Below are positions 36,665 through 50,694 of a stretch of DNA of 64,000 nucleotides, one piece after another. Each line of letters opens with the position of its first letter. Position 1 is the first letter of the stretch. The DNA lies in NCBI GenBank assembly GCA_053919585.1, contig CM132801.1, one strand, 5' to 3'. The notes under the pieces were generated by a model, which did not search any database, was not told the origin of the DNA, and was given only the letters and a program-made list of their open reading frames with translations. Made by a program: the position numbers and the translations under genes. Source of the stretch: Euprymna scolopes. Lineage: Eukaryota.

Positions 36665-38179
36665 CAGTATAATAATGTGACTGCAGAAATTCCCCTCTGG
36701 ACCAAAACATCGTAGGTTTGCGACAATATGTGCCAAATACAAATTCATTATATCTAGCCTGTTAGCCACTATCTCATGCAACTTTGGATCACCGTTACAT
36801 ACACGTCCATTCGTGATAATAAAATCCTAGGAGCGACACCATCACAATCGCAACATCTTCAGAGGAAGTAGTTCCAATTTCGCCCTCTATATATTAAGTC
36901 TTATCACCGCTACCAGTTGACACAGGGTACATTTCAACATTTTCCATCGACATTGTGGCTGGACCGCCATTAACTGGTTATTACATACCTACACATAACA
37001 TAATCTCATTTTCCATTTTCGCAAATAATAACGTCTCCTTTCTGATTCCGACCATTCTGATTGGCCGAGCTCCAACAATTCTTACATTCCGGATTATCGG
37101 ATTACTCATCTTAAATGAACAATAACCTACCATTCAAATATATCGTCACAATGATGCTTTTTTTCCCTGCTCATTGCATTCTATATTTTTTTTATCACCC
37201 TCCCCTCTCTCTCAATCTAAAAACAAACATAAAATCCAGCTACATATGTACTCTTACAGTCACCCAACAAGGTCTTCCCGTGCCAAATTGAGTAACTGAA
37301 TTTCTTACATTATATTTTTTTTTTGTTATTTGTCTTCGTTCAGTGGATATTAAATCTTTCCATATAGCCCTTCTATAGTTATCGACTATATGTTCGACTT
37401 GGCGGGGCGTAACTACATAACTGGCGGGGCGTAACTACATAGCCGGGTATTCTTACAATACAGTAACCAGCATAGTTTAAACACCTCCATCATAGCAAAA
37501 TAACCGTTAGAACAGAAACGAACGCACGGGTACCATTACTTATTTATCGATTTTGGAGCATCTTTTCAACCCTTACACGATCATATTTTCTTTTTTTGTT
37601 TTCGTTTGGTTTTGGGGGTGTTATTATATTTTTCTTATTTTTTAACATTTACTATTACTGTGGATGATTTTACTTATATATTTCCTTACGCTTACCTAGG
37701 CTTCAATCATGTTAGCGTATCAACCGCATACAACCCATACACGATGGTATTTATTTTGTTTTGTTTTCGTTTGATGATAGACGCACAACTCGTAAAATCC
37801 TTTTTATTTTTATGTAAAACACATAGGCTGAAATAAAACCAGAACAAAATTTTCATTTTTATTATTTTCCATTATTTTTTATTTAACTAAATTTACGCCA
37901 GTTTTTATAATTTTTGTGCCTATCAAGTAATTTACGCCGCTAAACTACAAATTTACCCTAAATTACATCGTCTACATTTGTTTTTTGTTTACTTCTCTTT
38001 TCCGGACTCATTATTGTTACTACCCAAACATTAACTTTTTTAAGGTAAATTTTTACCTTAGCTTCACCTAGACAATTTCCTTTCAATTGACAACTTTTAT
38101 AGATTTTCGACTATGCTGAATAAGACAATACCTTTTAACTTTTAACGAAGACAAGTATTTTTCGAGATATAAAGACATG

Positions 38180-38559
38180 CATTATGCACTGAAATTCAGT
38201 AGCCGCCAGATTTGTATACACGCGCGATAAACAAATCTACTTTTCTCTGACCGACTCTGCTTACCCCTCAGGTGTTTTTGGTTTTTCATCTTTGCGGGTG
38301 GGTATGCTGACAGGGCCAAATGTTTTGACAATTTCCCCTCATAAAATGGGGTGTCTATTCCGAAAGCCGTTCTTACCATCGCGAGGTTGAGGGTGTCTAT
38401 TCCATAAGACGTTCTTAACATGAGGAGGCTGGGGGTGTTCCGAAAGCCGTTCTTAACATTAGGACGTTATTGATTCGACTCTAACAACCACCGTAGTTAA
38501 ATTTTTTACGAGGAGGGACAGGCTTCCACCGGACGACGCCAGTTAACGGATCCTGCTAG
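38180..38559 (+). mobile_element. Helitron-like 3' portion with internal tandem repeats of about 41 bp
   Basis: GGGTGTCTATTCCGAAAGCCGTTCTTA x3; ends with a CCGGACGACGCCAG hairpin-like motif and CTAG|T. Confidence 0.45.
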
Positions 38560-38636
<77 letters not shown>

Positions 38637-39499
38637 AGTAAAAATAATTCTTTAGACTTGCGCGATGTTTGAACTCAAGTATTTACTTCGTGAAACTTAC
38701 TGCCATAATAAAGTGTACTCTGCCTAATCTGTTTTTGTCAAGAATGTTACGTGTTTGTAGGCAAATAGAAATTATTCATTGACAAAAAATACTACTACAC
38801 ATCTATAAATATCTTCTAAATATTAATTTACTTATCCGGCGTCCGGTATTACAAAAAAAAAAAAACAAACAAAAAAAAACATCATTATCGCAAACATTAT
38901 TTAATGAGAAACGAATTACCTTCCTTTATTATCGCTCTTAAAACCATTTCCTCTCTAAAAATTTTAAAAATAAATGCAAAAATAAAACATGACTGTCTGT
39001 TTACAGGTACAAATTAGTTATTTATTTTATAATTTAAAAAAAGTCATGTTTACAGGAGACTGTAAGTTTTTTTTTTATTATAGATTCTTTTTAAAATTAA
39101 AAAGAAATGTGCACGTGAATTGACATCTGTTCCTTTATAATTTATATTAAAAATTATTCAGAAAAAAAAAGACAAAACAAACAAAAGCAATACAATGTGT
39201 CATGTGTCGAATTTTCAATGAAAAAATTAAATTTTTTTACAATTAATTCTTTTTTAGCTTTGAAAGATTAAAAAAAGAATTTACTAAAAATTATTTTAAA
39301 TTCGTTATTTATTTTATTTTATTATTTATTTATTTAAAAATTTTCCAACTACCGTGAATTTTTCTCGGGTTATTCTAATATAACAGGAAGCTTCATGCAC
39401 CCCAAATTCATACTGTAAGTATCTACATAGACCTGTGGCACAATTGATGAAGTGTTAAGTAATAATCATAACTGACAGTCTGCTGGAGGGTCAATCCTT

Positions 39500-39670
39500 A
39501 GTACAGGCACCTCTATCCAATTGAGAATTACTGAAGACCTTTTAACTGAGTATGGTTCAACATAAAGATTTTCGAATTTGAAGAAAGTAGAAGGTTACAT
39601 CGATCGAAACGTTGTAAAAATAACACAGATGAGAACAATAGCCCAATTAATCTGGATAATATAAATAACA
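39500..39670 (+). mobile_element. Decayed copy of the foldback PLE family A right arm
   Basis: ACCTCTATCCA loop motif and TGAAGAAAGTAGAAGGTTACATCGATCGAAACGTTG...GATGAGAACAATAG, matching 41179-41375. Confidence 0.65.
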
Positions 39671-39869
39671 GAAAACCAACCAGCAAAATTCGTAAATTTA
39701 CATTCGATCAACGAGTGTGCTTAAAACATAATAAGTTTGTGAAAACCGATTACACATTTAAAGATGAGGAGGTTAAAGTTTGGGGAAAATTTACATTTTT
39801 TTTTTTTTAGTAAAAAAATACTTAAAAAGTGTTTTAGGCCTATTAGCTTTTGAAACCTGAACATGCAAA

Positions 39870-40922
39870 TAATTACATATTAAAAATCTATCAAGTAAAC
39901 ACATATATTAAAAATAAACCCCTAAATACTCAGATTAAAAAAAAAAAATCATTAAATATTCATATATAGAAAAAAATAATCCCCAGCTTACACATATAAT
40001 AAGCCCCATACTCATGCATTAAAAACAATCAACTAAATACTCATATATCATAAATATTCCTTTATCGAAATAACAACAACCTAAATAGTCATAAATAGAA
40101 CAATTCGTTGCTTGTGTCGGTCGGCACTAATCCTATTCGGGTGTAACTGGATTCCTCCGAAGGAGGAAGTTTTATGGGAATATGAAATTCACAAGCGGTC
40201 CTCAGTTGCATGTAAATGTTAGAGGAGATGACGACGTTAGGTTTTTGCAACTCTTGCAGGGAGGTGTCGACGTCCTGCTACATACAGCGCCTGGAATTCC
40301 TAAATTGGTCATCCATTTTAGTAATAACCAGGCTCAACGTCGCTTAACTTCAGTGATCTGACGGGAACTGGTGTGTCAACGTAATTATGCCGTATAAGTC
40401 GTTGCTTACTGATATCTAAAAATCTCGTCAATACTCATGCATAAAAACTCGTCTAATTACTCATATATTAAATCTAAAACGATCATATATTGAAAAAAAA
40501 AAAAATCGCAAATACGCGTATATTAAAATAACTCCTTACATACTCATATATTGAAAAAAAAAAACTTGCTAATTAATTAAAGCCCATAAATAATCATATA
40601 TATTAAAAACAATTTCCCAACTATCCATATATTGATAAACATAACCCGAAACATTCATGTATAAAAATATCCTAAATATTCATATATTTAAAATAACCTT
40701 TTAAATACCTACATATCGAAAAACAATCGCATAAATACGCATGCCCCTAAATACTTATAAATTAAAACAACTCACAAAAATACGACGCTATAGATATCTA
40801 TATATTTGAGAAACAACTCCTATGACCTCATATAATAAAAACAACATCATAACCCCTTAAATACTAATATATTGAAAAAAGATCCTTAAATACTAATATA
40901 TTGAAAAAAGATCCTTAAATAC
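39870..40922. repeat. Degenerate minisatellite of about 30 bp, interrupted by a 5S SINE
   Basis: Recurrent CCTAAATACTCATATATT(A/G)AAAA units; perfect pair at about 40855-40922. Confidence 0.75.
40114..40398 (-). mobile_element. 5S rRNA-derived SINE (SINE3-like)
   Basis: The minus strand begins CTTATACGGCATAATTACGTTGACACACCAGTTCCCGTCAGATCACTGAAGTTAAG..., a 5S-like head of about 120 nt, followed by a body of about 165 nt. Flanked by the 9-bp direct repeat TCGTTGCTT (40105-40113, 40399-40407). Confidence 0.8.
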
Positions 40923-40937
40923 GTTTCTGCATTTTGG

Positions 40938-41393
40938 AGATGAGGATTGGTCATTCGTATTATTTGAATTCTTCGGACTACTGTTTTCATCTTGGGTATC
41001 ATTTTCACAACGTTTCGGTCGATGTAACTCCGACCTTCTTCAGGTGTATCTTATCGAACTCGGGAATGTTTCTGTCGAACTCGGGAATTTGGACGGAATT
41101 TTGAACAGACCCTTTATTTTATTCACAGGAGTAGTATGGTCTCATTCCATCAGCCATTACCGTTGCGAATTACTTAGGACCTCTATCCAGTCATGAATGA
41201 GAGTATGCTACACCCCCCCCGTGAAATAAATAAAGGGTTCTGTTCAAAGTTCCGTTCAAATTCTCGAGTTGGATAGAAACATTCCCGAGTTCGATAAGAT
41301 ACACATGAAGAAGGTCGGAGGTTACATCGACCAAAACGTGAAAATGACACTCAAGATGAGAATAGTAGTCCGAAGATTTCGAATAATACGAAT
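40938..41393. mobile_element. Foldback Penelope-derived element, family A, arms of about 195 bp with hammerhead-like cores
   Basis: Arms at about 40953-41147 and 41195-41393 are inverted. Minus strand 41006-41046 reads CAC-CTGAAGA-A-GGTCG-GAGTTACAT-CGACC-GAAACGTT-GTG. Confidence 0.8.
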
Positions 41394-41439
41394 ATCTACA
41401 ATTCCAGGGGAGCATTGTCATGTATTAAAACGAATTAAA

Positions 41440-41630
41440 ACAGATTATTTAGGAAGGCCAGTCAACAAAATTCAACAACACATCGTTACGACGCATCAAC
41501 CTTCACTTTGCGACGTCTGCAACCGACAATGTAGATCGAAGATAGGTTTATTCAACCAAATCGGACGGTGATCAACCACAACCTCTACAGGTGCAACCCT
41601 ATAGTCTTCGTGACTGACGGATACCAACTC
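41440..41630 (+). mobile_element. RTE-clade LINE 3' end fragment
   Basis: CDVCNRQCRSKIGLFNQ matches the RTE C-terminal C..C.R.C.S.IGL motif; short 3'UTR ATAGTCTTCGTGACTGACGGAT. Confidence 0.65.
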
Positions 41631-42739
41631 CAAAACAATTCACTAAATGCTAATACATTTGTAAACTATCAACTCAAACTGGCCATCTGTACTTAAAAAA
41701 AGGTAACAGATGACTTCGATATTTAAATACGTTCGCACATTTCTATAAGAGGCATTAACCTTTGTAGGTTTGTCACGTTTCAGTTTAAAATGGCGCTTCC
41801 ATTGCAGGTTTAATGGATGCATCTCATGTAAAATGCTTGAACGCATCTTATATGAAAAGCACTGTCTGTTCATCTGTATATCACGCTTGTTTGAAATATT
41901 TACATCGTTAAATGCTCTGATCGAATGGACGTATGTTAAGAATACGTATTCTCGTTTCTCGTATTCATAAAAATGTTTATATTTCATCGTTAAACCATAA
42001 TGACACCGAATTAATTGATTTTTTAGCTGATATTGTTTTGATTTAAGATGATGTTATTCCGACACTTCATTAATACTAAGGTGTGAATCATTATTGAAAC
42101 ACAGAAATGTCATTCCTTCAGTGATACGAACACCAATTGAATATGTTGTATAAGTAACCGAAGGAATAAAAGAAAGAAATAGAGAGAAGGGGGGGAGACT
42201 CTCTTTATGGAAACAACGTGCTAGCCACTGGAACTTTCTTATGTAGTATACTTTTCTCTAGTATATACTTTCTTACGAAGTACACATTTTTCTATTATAT
42301 ACTTTCTTACGTAGTATACTTTTCTCTAGTAACATTACTTAATGCAACAACGTATTTGTAACTAAATCTTTATCGCGTAATAAACGTTTCTCCAACAACA
42401 CTTTTTACAATACTGATCTCGGAAACAACGTGCCCACCGCTGAAACTTTATTATGTTCTATACTTTTCTCAGATGACACCGAATTTGATGAAATAATTTG
42501 TTACGTATCACGTAGTAAACTATTTTCCAGTAACATGGTTTTCAATACTCATCTCAGGGACAATGTGCTCCCTGCTGGAACTTCGTTATGTGATATATTT
42601 TTTTCCAACAACATCATTTTCAATACTGAACTCCATCGCTTAATGAACTTAGCTCTTTGTGTGCTAAAACCCATGTAATAACTTATATTAAGCTCCTCCT
42701 TTATATATGGCAAAGTACATAGGTTATAAGTGGTCGATG

Positions 42740-43200
42740 CGCATTTAAAGCGTAGCCACCAAAATGCTTGCAGTTTATAGCCGATTCAACTTTTACATTT
42801 ATCCCAGTCTTTAAAGCTAAGAATCGGCTATTTCTCTGCTAAACATAGATAACAGGGTGAAGTTAGTGAACTAAATATTTTAGATTTTCTACGAATTTTC
42901 CATTCGATTGAAGGTGTTTTATTCGTCTCGATTAGCCCGCAGTAGTGTACTGAGAATGAGGTGTCGGTAGCATATGCTTTATTGTTCATTGATAGTGTGT
43001 GGCCATAGAATCTGTTTTTAAAAAACACCTTCAGTCGGATAAAACATTCTTAGAAAGTCTAAAATATGTAGTTCACCAACTTCACCCTGTTACCTATGTT
43101 TAGCAGAGAAATATGAGATTTCTAGTTTTAAAGACCCGGATAAATGTAAAAGTTGAATCGGCTATAAACTGCAAGCACTTTGGTAGCTACGCTTTAAATA
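42740..43200. mobile_element. Penelope-like GIY-YIG C-terminal remnant in inverted configuration
   Basis: Minus ORF FKNRFYGH..S....Y...T.FS.H...L......PSIEWKI....CYLCLAEK; arms at about 42740-42900 and 43045-43200 are inverted copies. Confidence 0.8.
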
Positions 43201-43675
43201 AACTGTAAAAAGCTAATAGCTAGCCACCCACAGTAGAAACCGTAAACCCCTCACTCCCAATATCTTAATTAATTAATGAATTAACCAAGGTAAAAAGGAG
43301 TTGGTCCCGATACACCACTAATTAATAAAAACCAACGCATCCCTAATTAATAACGCCACTCACCTAATCATAGAAGACGCTAACATAAAGCCACTTGGCT
43401 AATGTTAAGGTAAGAACCTTTCTCTGATTACTCTCCGGCTCCACCTCAAACGTCCGCCGCTTATACCAAACTAACCGAGTAGTAACACATTTTGCCAACA
43501 ATTATATTAAGGTGAATGCACTTTACATTCTTAATAATTAAGCATATGAAAACGTTTAACTAAAATAGTCTATGGGTCGTGCACACCCTTAATTGGAATG
43601 TTGATATGCACGTTCAGGAATTATTATCGAAAAACAACGCCACTTTAGGAAACCAACAACACAATTAACCCCAAA

Positions 43676-45413
<1,738 letters not shown>

Positions 45414-45849
45414 GATTAGTCAAATTAGGATTTTCATATTTTGATCACTCAGACAATTTGTGAACGAAAAAACTAACAAAGATTTCCTGAAAAGGAGCAA
45501 AGACATGTGCTATTTCTTGTAATCTTCCACCGACCACATTGTATATCTCCACATAGACAGGACGTTGGTCATACGCTCGGTTAAAAGAGCTGTGAACCTA
45601 TCGGCCCAATTATTTTTAGGTATGCACCTACGTAATCCACTGACGCACTCGTGTTAAACACCCATATGAGCTTTAAGAAAAGGAAACGAACAAGAGATAG
45701 AGACATTCGTCTCAATGTTCGATTCAGACATCGACGATGATGTTGAAGAAGAAAAAAGGGGAAGAAAAAGAAGAAGAAGAAGAAGAAGAAGAAGAAAGCG
45801 ACAAAGACAAAGAAAACAAAAATACCCTTATCGTCTTACGCATAATATT

Positions 45850-46760
45850 TTGACTAGAAGTGACGACCTGGAGGAAATGGTATTTCGTATACCCGCTGTA
45901 AACTGCTTGTATTATTTTGAAAATTTTCACTGACACGAAGAAAGGAATTCAACTTGATGACCTATGCTTTTAAGAAGACGAGTGGTCTCAGCAACGACAA
46001 GTGCAAGTTTTGCCACACAGGATTAGAGAGTATGAGGCACTTAACATACAGCTGTAAAGTTCTGCTGGGGGATGACTACTGTACTATGCGACACAATGAA
46101 GTGTGTAAATATTGTAAGAAATTCTGCTGACATCTCATTGGTCGGTTTAACCGCCCACGATTTTCTTTGGACCAATCAGATTGATCGTTGTTATTAACAG
46201 TCGAATCGTATTTTGGCGCTGGAGACTTGAATCCTGCAAACGCGAAGATAAACATGAACTATTACTCTTTACAGGTGTTACCCGCTCTGTTTCGCGTAAA
46301 AGCTAAAGATGACGCATCTTTTGCAATTGGATCTTTAATAAAATTTGCGTTGAAGTTTAAAAGTGATTCTTGTTGCGATTCTTGGTGCCTTTCTTTCATT
46401 TTGCCAAGAGCAAAACCGAGGTGGGAAAATATCTCACAATATCTTCATTGGATGATCTGTAAAATGTTGAATATCGAATGCAGCTTCAAGCCCTGGGAAC
46501 ATGTGCCACACAGCACAGTTTGGAATAAGTCATGCACAACACATTATGACTATGAAATTCGTACAGCTACGTACCTACATGGAAAATATATTCGGTGAAC
46601 TGAGTGCAAGAGAGATTTAAACAATTGCACTTAAAAAGAGGGTTAAAATTTTTATAAAAATCTCTCGGTTGTAATATATGAGATAGTGAGTGAATGTCTG
46701 GCATCAGGTAGGATGCCCCATCCCCTGGTAGAAAAAATGATGAGAAAATTGAAAAGAGAA
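45850..46760 (+). mobile_element. R4/RLE-clade retrotransposon 3' fragment interrupted by a solo LTR
   Basis: CCHC knuckle CKFCHTGLESMRHLTYSC, then RHNEVCK|YLHWMICK joined across the insertion. The 3' end is homologous to 5870-5930. Confidence 0.8.
46113..46438 (+). mobile_element. Solo LTR (Gypsy-like), 326 bp
   Basis: TGTAAGA...TCTCACA termini, perfect 4-bp TSD ATAT (46109-46112, 46439-46442), CCAAT motifs and AATAAA at about 46337. Excision restores the host codons V-C-K-Y-L-H-W. Confidence 0.8.
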
Positions 46761-47200
46761 ATAAATGAACTCATGCTTCCCATATTATTAAACTTTCAAC
46801 CTTATTGGGTTACTACTTGACAGACTCATCGATATAAGTAAACGATTGTATAGAAACTTTAATTTGTTTTTTTTTTAAATTATTTATCGTTTGATTGTTT
46901 GTTCTTTTCCTTTAATACATGGTGTGTTGAATTCCCTTCACCAGTGTTCTTTTGTTGATTATATCGGAACCCAGGGATGCAAGCCACTTCCGAATTTTAT
47001 CTTTTTTTAAAAATCATTTTCGTTGCCCAATATTACTTTTTGGTGATGTTTTGATCTTTTGCTTTACCTTTATTTCAATTATTTTTACTAATTCCGCATT
47101 TCCTACTATATACGTATTTTCCGATATTTATGTAACGGATGAGTAAAAATAGGTTTTACTTTGTTATGTGAATTCAAATCAAGGTCATGCTGACCTCCAA

Positions 47201-47277
<77 letters not shown>

Positions 47278-47616
47278 AATGTGATTGATAATTTAAAATT
47301 TAAAAGTCAAATTATAATTAAATTAAAAATCCGTTTCATAAGTAGGAACAACAACAAAATCAATTATCTGTACGATCGTTTCGGAAAACAATGCTTTTTA
47401 TTGTGGTAGACATCAAGTTACGTACAATAATTACATATAGTTTTTTAATAAGCAAGGTCTCCTCGTCAGCAAATTTTGAAGGGTTTTTATTAAATTTAAA
47501 AGACACCATAAATAAACCTAGCATTAAAAGTAAGGCAGATGTATCTTTTAATTTTTCGCTTTTTGAAATCAGGAACTATGGTTAAAATACTCATTTAGAT
47601 GTTTGCAATAGCTTTT

Positions 47617-47676
<60 letters not shown>

Positions 47677-47705
47677 ATATATGTGTGTGTGTGTGTGTGT
47701 GTGTT

Positions 47706-48035
47706 AATACGGCGCAATCACGTTGACACACTGGTTCTCGTCAGATCACCGAAGTTAAGGAACGTTGAACCTGACCTGCACCAGATGGGTGACCATTTGG
47801 GAGGCTAGGCGCTGTATGTATCGCGAGGTAAAAATACCAGGTTGAGAAACTGTCGCGGTCTATCCTTCTCTCGAAGGTAGATGGGACTCTCTTAAGCTGC
47901 GATAGGCACCCCATCTAGTGTTGGCGTCACGATAAGAAATACCCTTGATAGCTCTGGAGAAGCATCAAATATTCAGCTACCGACAAGATTTGTATTTCAC
48001 TGCAAATTCGTGTAGTGAGTTCAATGGATGGTGTG
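47706..48035 (+). mobile_element. 5S rRNA-derived SINE (SINE3-like), second body type
   Basis: TACGGCGCAATCACGTTGACACACTGGTTCTCGTCAGATCACCGAAGTTAAG...GATGGGTGACC...GCGCTGTATGTA with no T-run terminator after the head. The 3' end is approximate. Confidence 0.75.
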
Positions 48036-48072
48036 TGTTAAGCAATGTAGTATATTAAGAAATATATGATAT

Positions 48073-48304
48073 GTCAAGCACCGTTGAGCCTGGTCAGTTC
48101 TAAAATGGATGACCATTTGGGAATCCCGGGTGCTGTATATGTTCTCCGCTTATATCGGCATTGTTTTCAGTCAATCTTGGGCCTCTCCTTGCCACTGGAC
48201 CCAAGCAGAGCCGGTTCAGGGGAGGTGTTGTTGAGGATTGTGTAACCCTTGCTTCACAATCTCATGCGCATCTATCCTTACAGGGATATCCAGTGTCTCT
48301 TGAG
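48073..48304 (+). mobile_element. 5'-truncated 5S-derived SINE, third body type (runs into a gap)
   Basis: AAGCACCGTTGAGCCTGGTCAGTTCTAAAATGGATGACCATTTGGGAATCCCGGGTGCTGTA is the 3' half of 5S. Confidence 0.65.
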
Positions 48305-48509
48305 NNNNNNNNNNNNNNNNNNNNNNNNNNNNNNNNNNNNNNNNNNNNNNNNNNNNNNNNNNNNNNNNNNNNNNNNNNNNNNNNNNNNNNNNNNNNNNNN
48401 NNNNNNNNNNNNNNNNNNNNNNNNNNNNNNNNNNNNNNNNNNNNNNNNNNNNNNNNNNNNNNNNNNNNNNNNNCATATAAAATTATTACTATAATAATTT
48501 TTTAAATAT

Positions 48510-48718
48510 CTACAGAAACTAGTGTTTCATCCTTTCGGGAATCATCAGCGTAGGGAATCACGATTACAGCCGGTCGGGAGATTCGAACCCGGCCACGAAG
48601 CCATCTTTGACGTTGTTAGCAAGGAACAACTCCCACAGCTAACGTTAATCTTAAGAAACACAGTTGAAATTTAAACATTTATTATTAAATGTCGAGACAT
48701 CCATCTATAGTGATCTAA
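48510..48718 (-). mobile_element. tRNA-like Pol III promoter + hammerhead ribozyme cassette, copy 2
   Basis: Minus strand ...GCCGGGTTCGAATCTCCCGACCGGCTGTAATCGTGATTCCCTACG-CTGATGA-TTCCCGAAAGGAT-GAAACACTAGTTTC-TGTAG; the upstream AT-rich leader also matches copy 1. Confidence 0.75.
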
Positions 48719-48889
48719 TGATTATACCATCATGATATGCGTAGTAACCGACTTTCNNNNNNNNNNNNNNNNNNNNNNNNNNNNNNNNNNNNNNNNNNNN
48801 NNNNNNNNNNNNNNNNNNNNNNNNNNNNNNNNNNNNNNNNNNNNNNNNNNNNNNNNNNNNNNNNNNNNNNNNNNNNNNNNNNNNNNNNG

Positions 48890-50072
48890 AAGTTTATTAA
48901 GTAAATGCAAAAGTAAGCCTCAGTCCAATGAACGTATAACTGTTTATATCTCAACCAAGTACCAAGTAAAAAAACTTGATACAACAGATCGAGATAGAGC
49001 TTAATTTCATAAGTATAAATAAAAACTGCAAATCAGAAATTTATAAAATCAGATATGTCAATTATCATAAGTTAGAGGAATAATCATCCTAAGTGAGCAA
49101 TGAATATTATAACTGTTATTGTGATCGATCTATATGACTGTTTTAATACAGAAGTTAATCAAGAAATGAATTACACTAAACTTATCAATCTTGATAATAA
49201 TGGACGGGAGATAAATAAGGGTACTATTTCTGTTTGTGCTTCCACAGGTTCTATTCATCCTAGTAAATTTATTGACCGTAGCCAGATGATAATAAGAATA
49301 ATATTAATAATACTAAAAATAAATTCATATATGCTAACTATGATAACTTGCAATGTGGCAACAGTAACAATCTAGGGACGGCTTTGAAAAGATTATGTAG
49401 TTAGAATAAATTGGGGTTGAGCGTTGAAAAGGTCATGAGTAGATCGATGTGGTTATAGTAATATATCTATTCATTTTAAAGTATAATTGTAGAGAGTACC
49501 GAATTTTAACCTGGTGTATAGTCTCATTGGTAGCTACGGAAACTGCAGATTATGTTGTGGAGACATATTAAATTAAGACAGTCAAGCTAATTAAGGACCA
49601 GTATATAATTTAAAATAAATTAAACGTAAGATAAGCCGGGAATAAGTGGGGGATTAAGTAGGGTTAGTTATGAGGCAGTGGAAAGGGTGCCAGAGAGGTT
49701 AGGTAATTTCAAAGTTATTATATTTGTATTTAGCTTTATGTTTGCATAGGAATATCAACTCACTTTTAGTTTTAACCACATTTTTGCGGGGAAGTCATTA
49801 TTCTAACTGACTCGGATAAGCACAGGCGACAGATTTTGGAATATGGGNNNNNNNNNNNNNNNNNNNNNNNNNNNNNNNNNNNNNNNNNNNNNNNNNNNNN
49901 NNNNNNNNNNNNNNNNNNNNNNNNNNNNNNNNNNNNNNNNNNNNNNNNNNNNNNNNNNNNNNNNNNNNNNNNNNNGAGAAGAACATTACATTCTTTGAAA
50001 TCCGCGGAATAAAGATATTTCTCCGCCCCTTGTCTGTCGAAAAATAAATTTGTACATGTAAATTTATGATTT
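48890..50072 (-). mobile_element. Penelope-like element 3' region (GIY-YIG tail + AT-rich UTR), fragmented by gaps
   Basis: Minus strand PYSKICRLCLSESVRIM (about 49772-49847) is the PLE C.LCL.E motif; downstream is non-coding AT-rich sequence. Confidence 0.55.
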
Positions 50073-50477
50073 NNNNNNNNNNNNNNNNNNNNNNNNNNNN
50101 NNNNNNNNNNNNNNNNNNNNNNNNNNNNNNNNNNNNNNNNNNNNNNNNNNNNNNNNNNNNNNNNNNNNNNNNNNNNNNNNNNNNNNNNNNNNNNNNNNNN
50201 NNNNNNNNNNNNNNNNNNNNNNNNNNNNNNTCTATTATATTTCATTTAGTTTCTGATGAGATGTATTAAGCAATTTTGAATATTTTTGTTGTTCATCTGT
50301 ATCCATATAAAGTTGAGTTTTTGTCGCACTGACATCGATATTAAAAGCCGATTTTTCTATTTAAAAAATATTAAAACGAGCTTCTTAATATACTCGGTCA
50401 TTGATATGCGAGCTACTAAATAAAGATGAACCAATTTGCATATTCTTTGAAAAACGAACTTTCATACTGACTTTTAT

Positions 50478-50624
50478 GAGATGAGAATTGGTTATTCGTA
50501 TTATTTGGATCCATTGGACTACTGTTCTCACCTCATCTCGAATTTCCATCCAAATTCCCGAGTTCGACAGAAACATTCCCAAGTTCGACAAGATATACCT
50601 GAAAAAGGTCGAAAATTACATCGA

Positions 50625-50627
<3 letters not shown>
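50478..50627. mobile_element. Internally deleted copy of foldback PLE family A
   Basis: GAGATGAGAATTGGTTATTCGTATTATTTG left end joined to right-arm AAATTCCCGAGTTCGACAGAAACATTCCC...CCTGAAAAAGGTCG...TTACATCGACC, truncated at (TA)n. Confidence 0.75.

Positions 50628-50691
<64 letters not shown>

Positions 50692-50694
<3 letters not shown>

Noticed and set aside
47706-47820. Functional 5S rRNA gene
   Set aside because: Multiple substitutions disrupt the terminal and internal helices, there is no T-run terminator, and it is not in a tandem array; treated as a SINE head.
50251-50282. CTGATGA after a gap as a hammerhead (likewise 18626, 26060, 34588)
   Set aside because: No paired stem II followed by GAAA at a workable distance.
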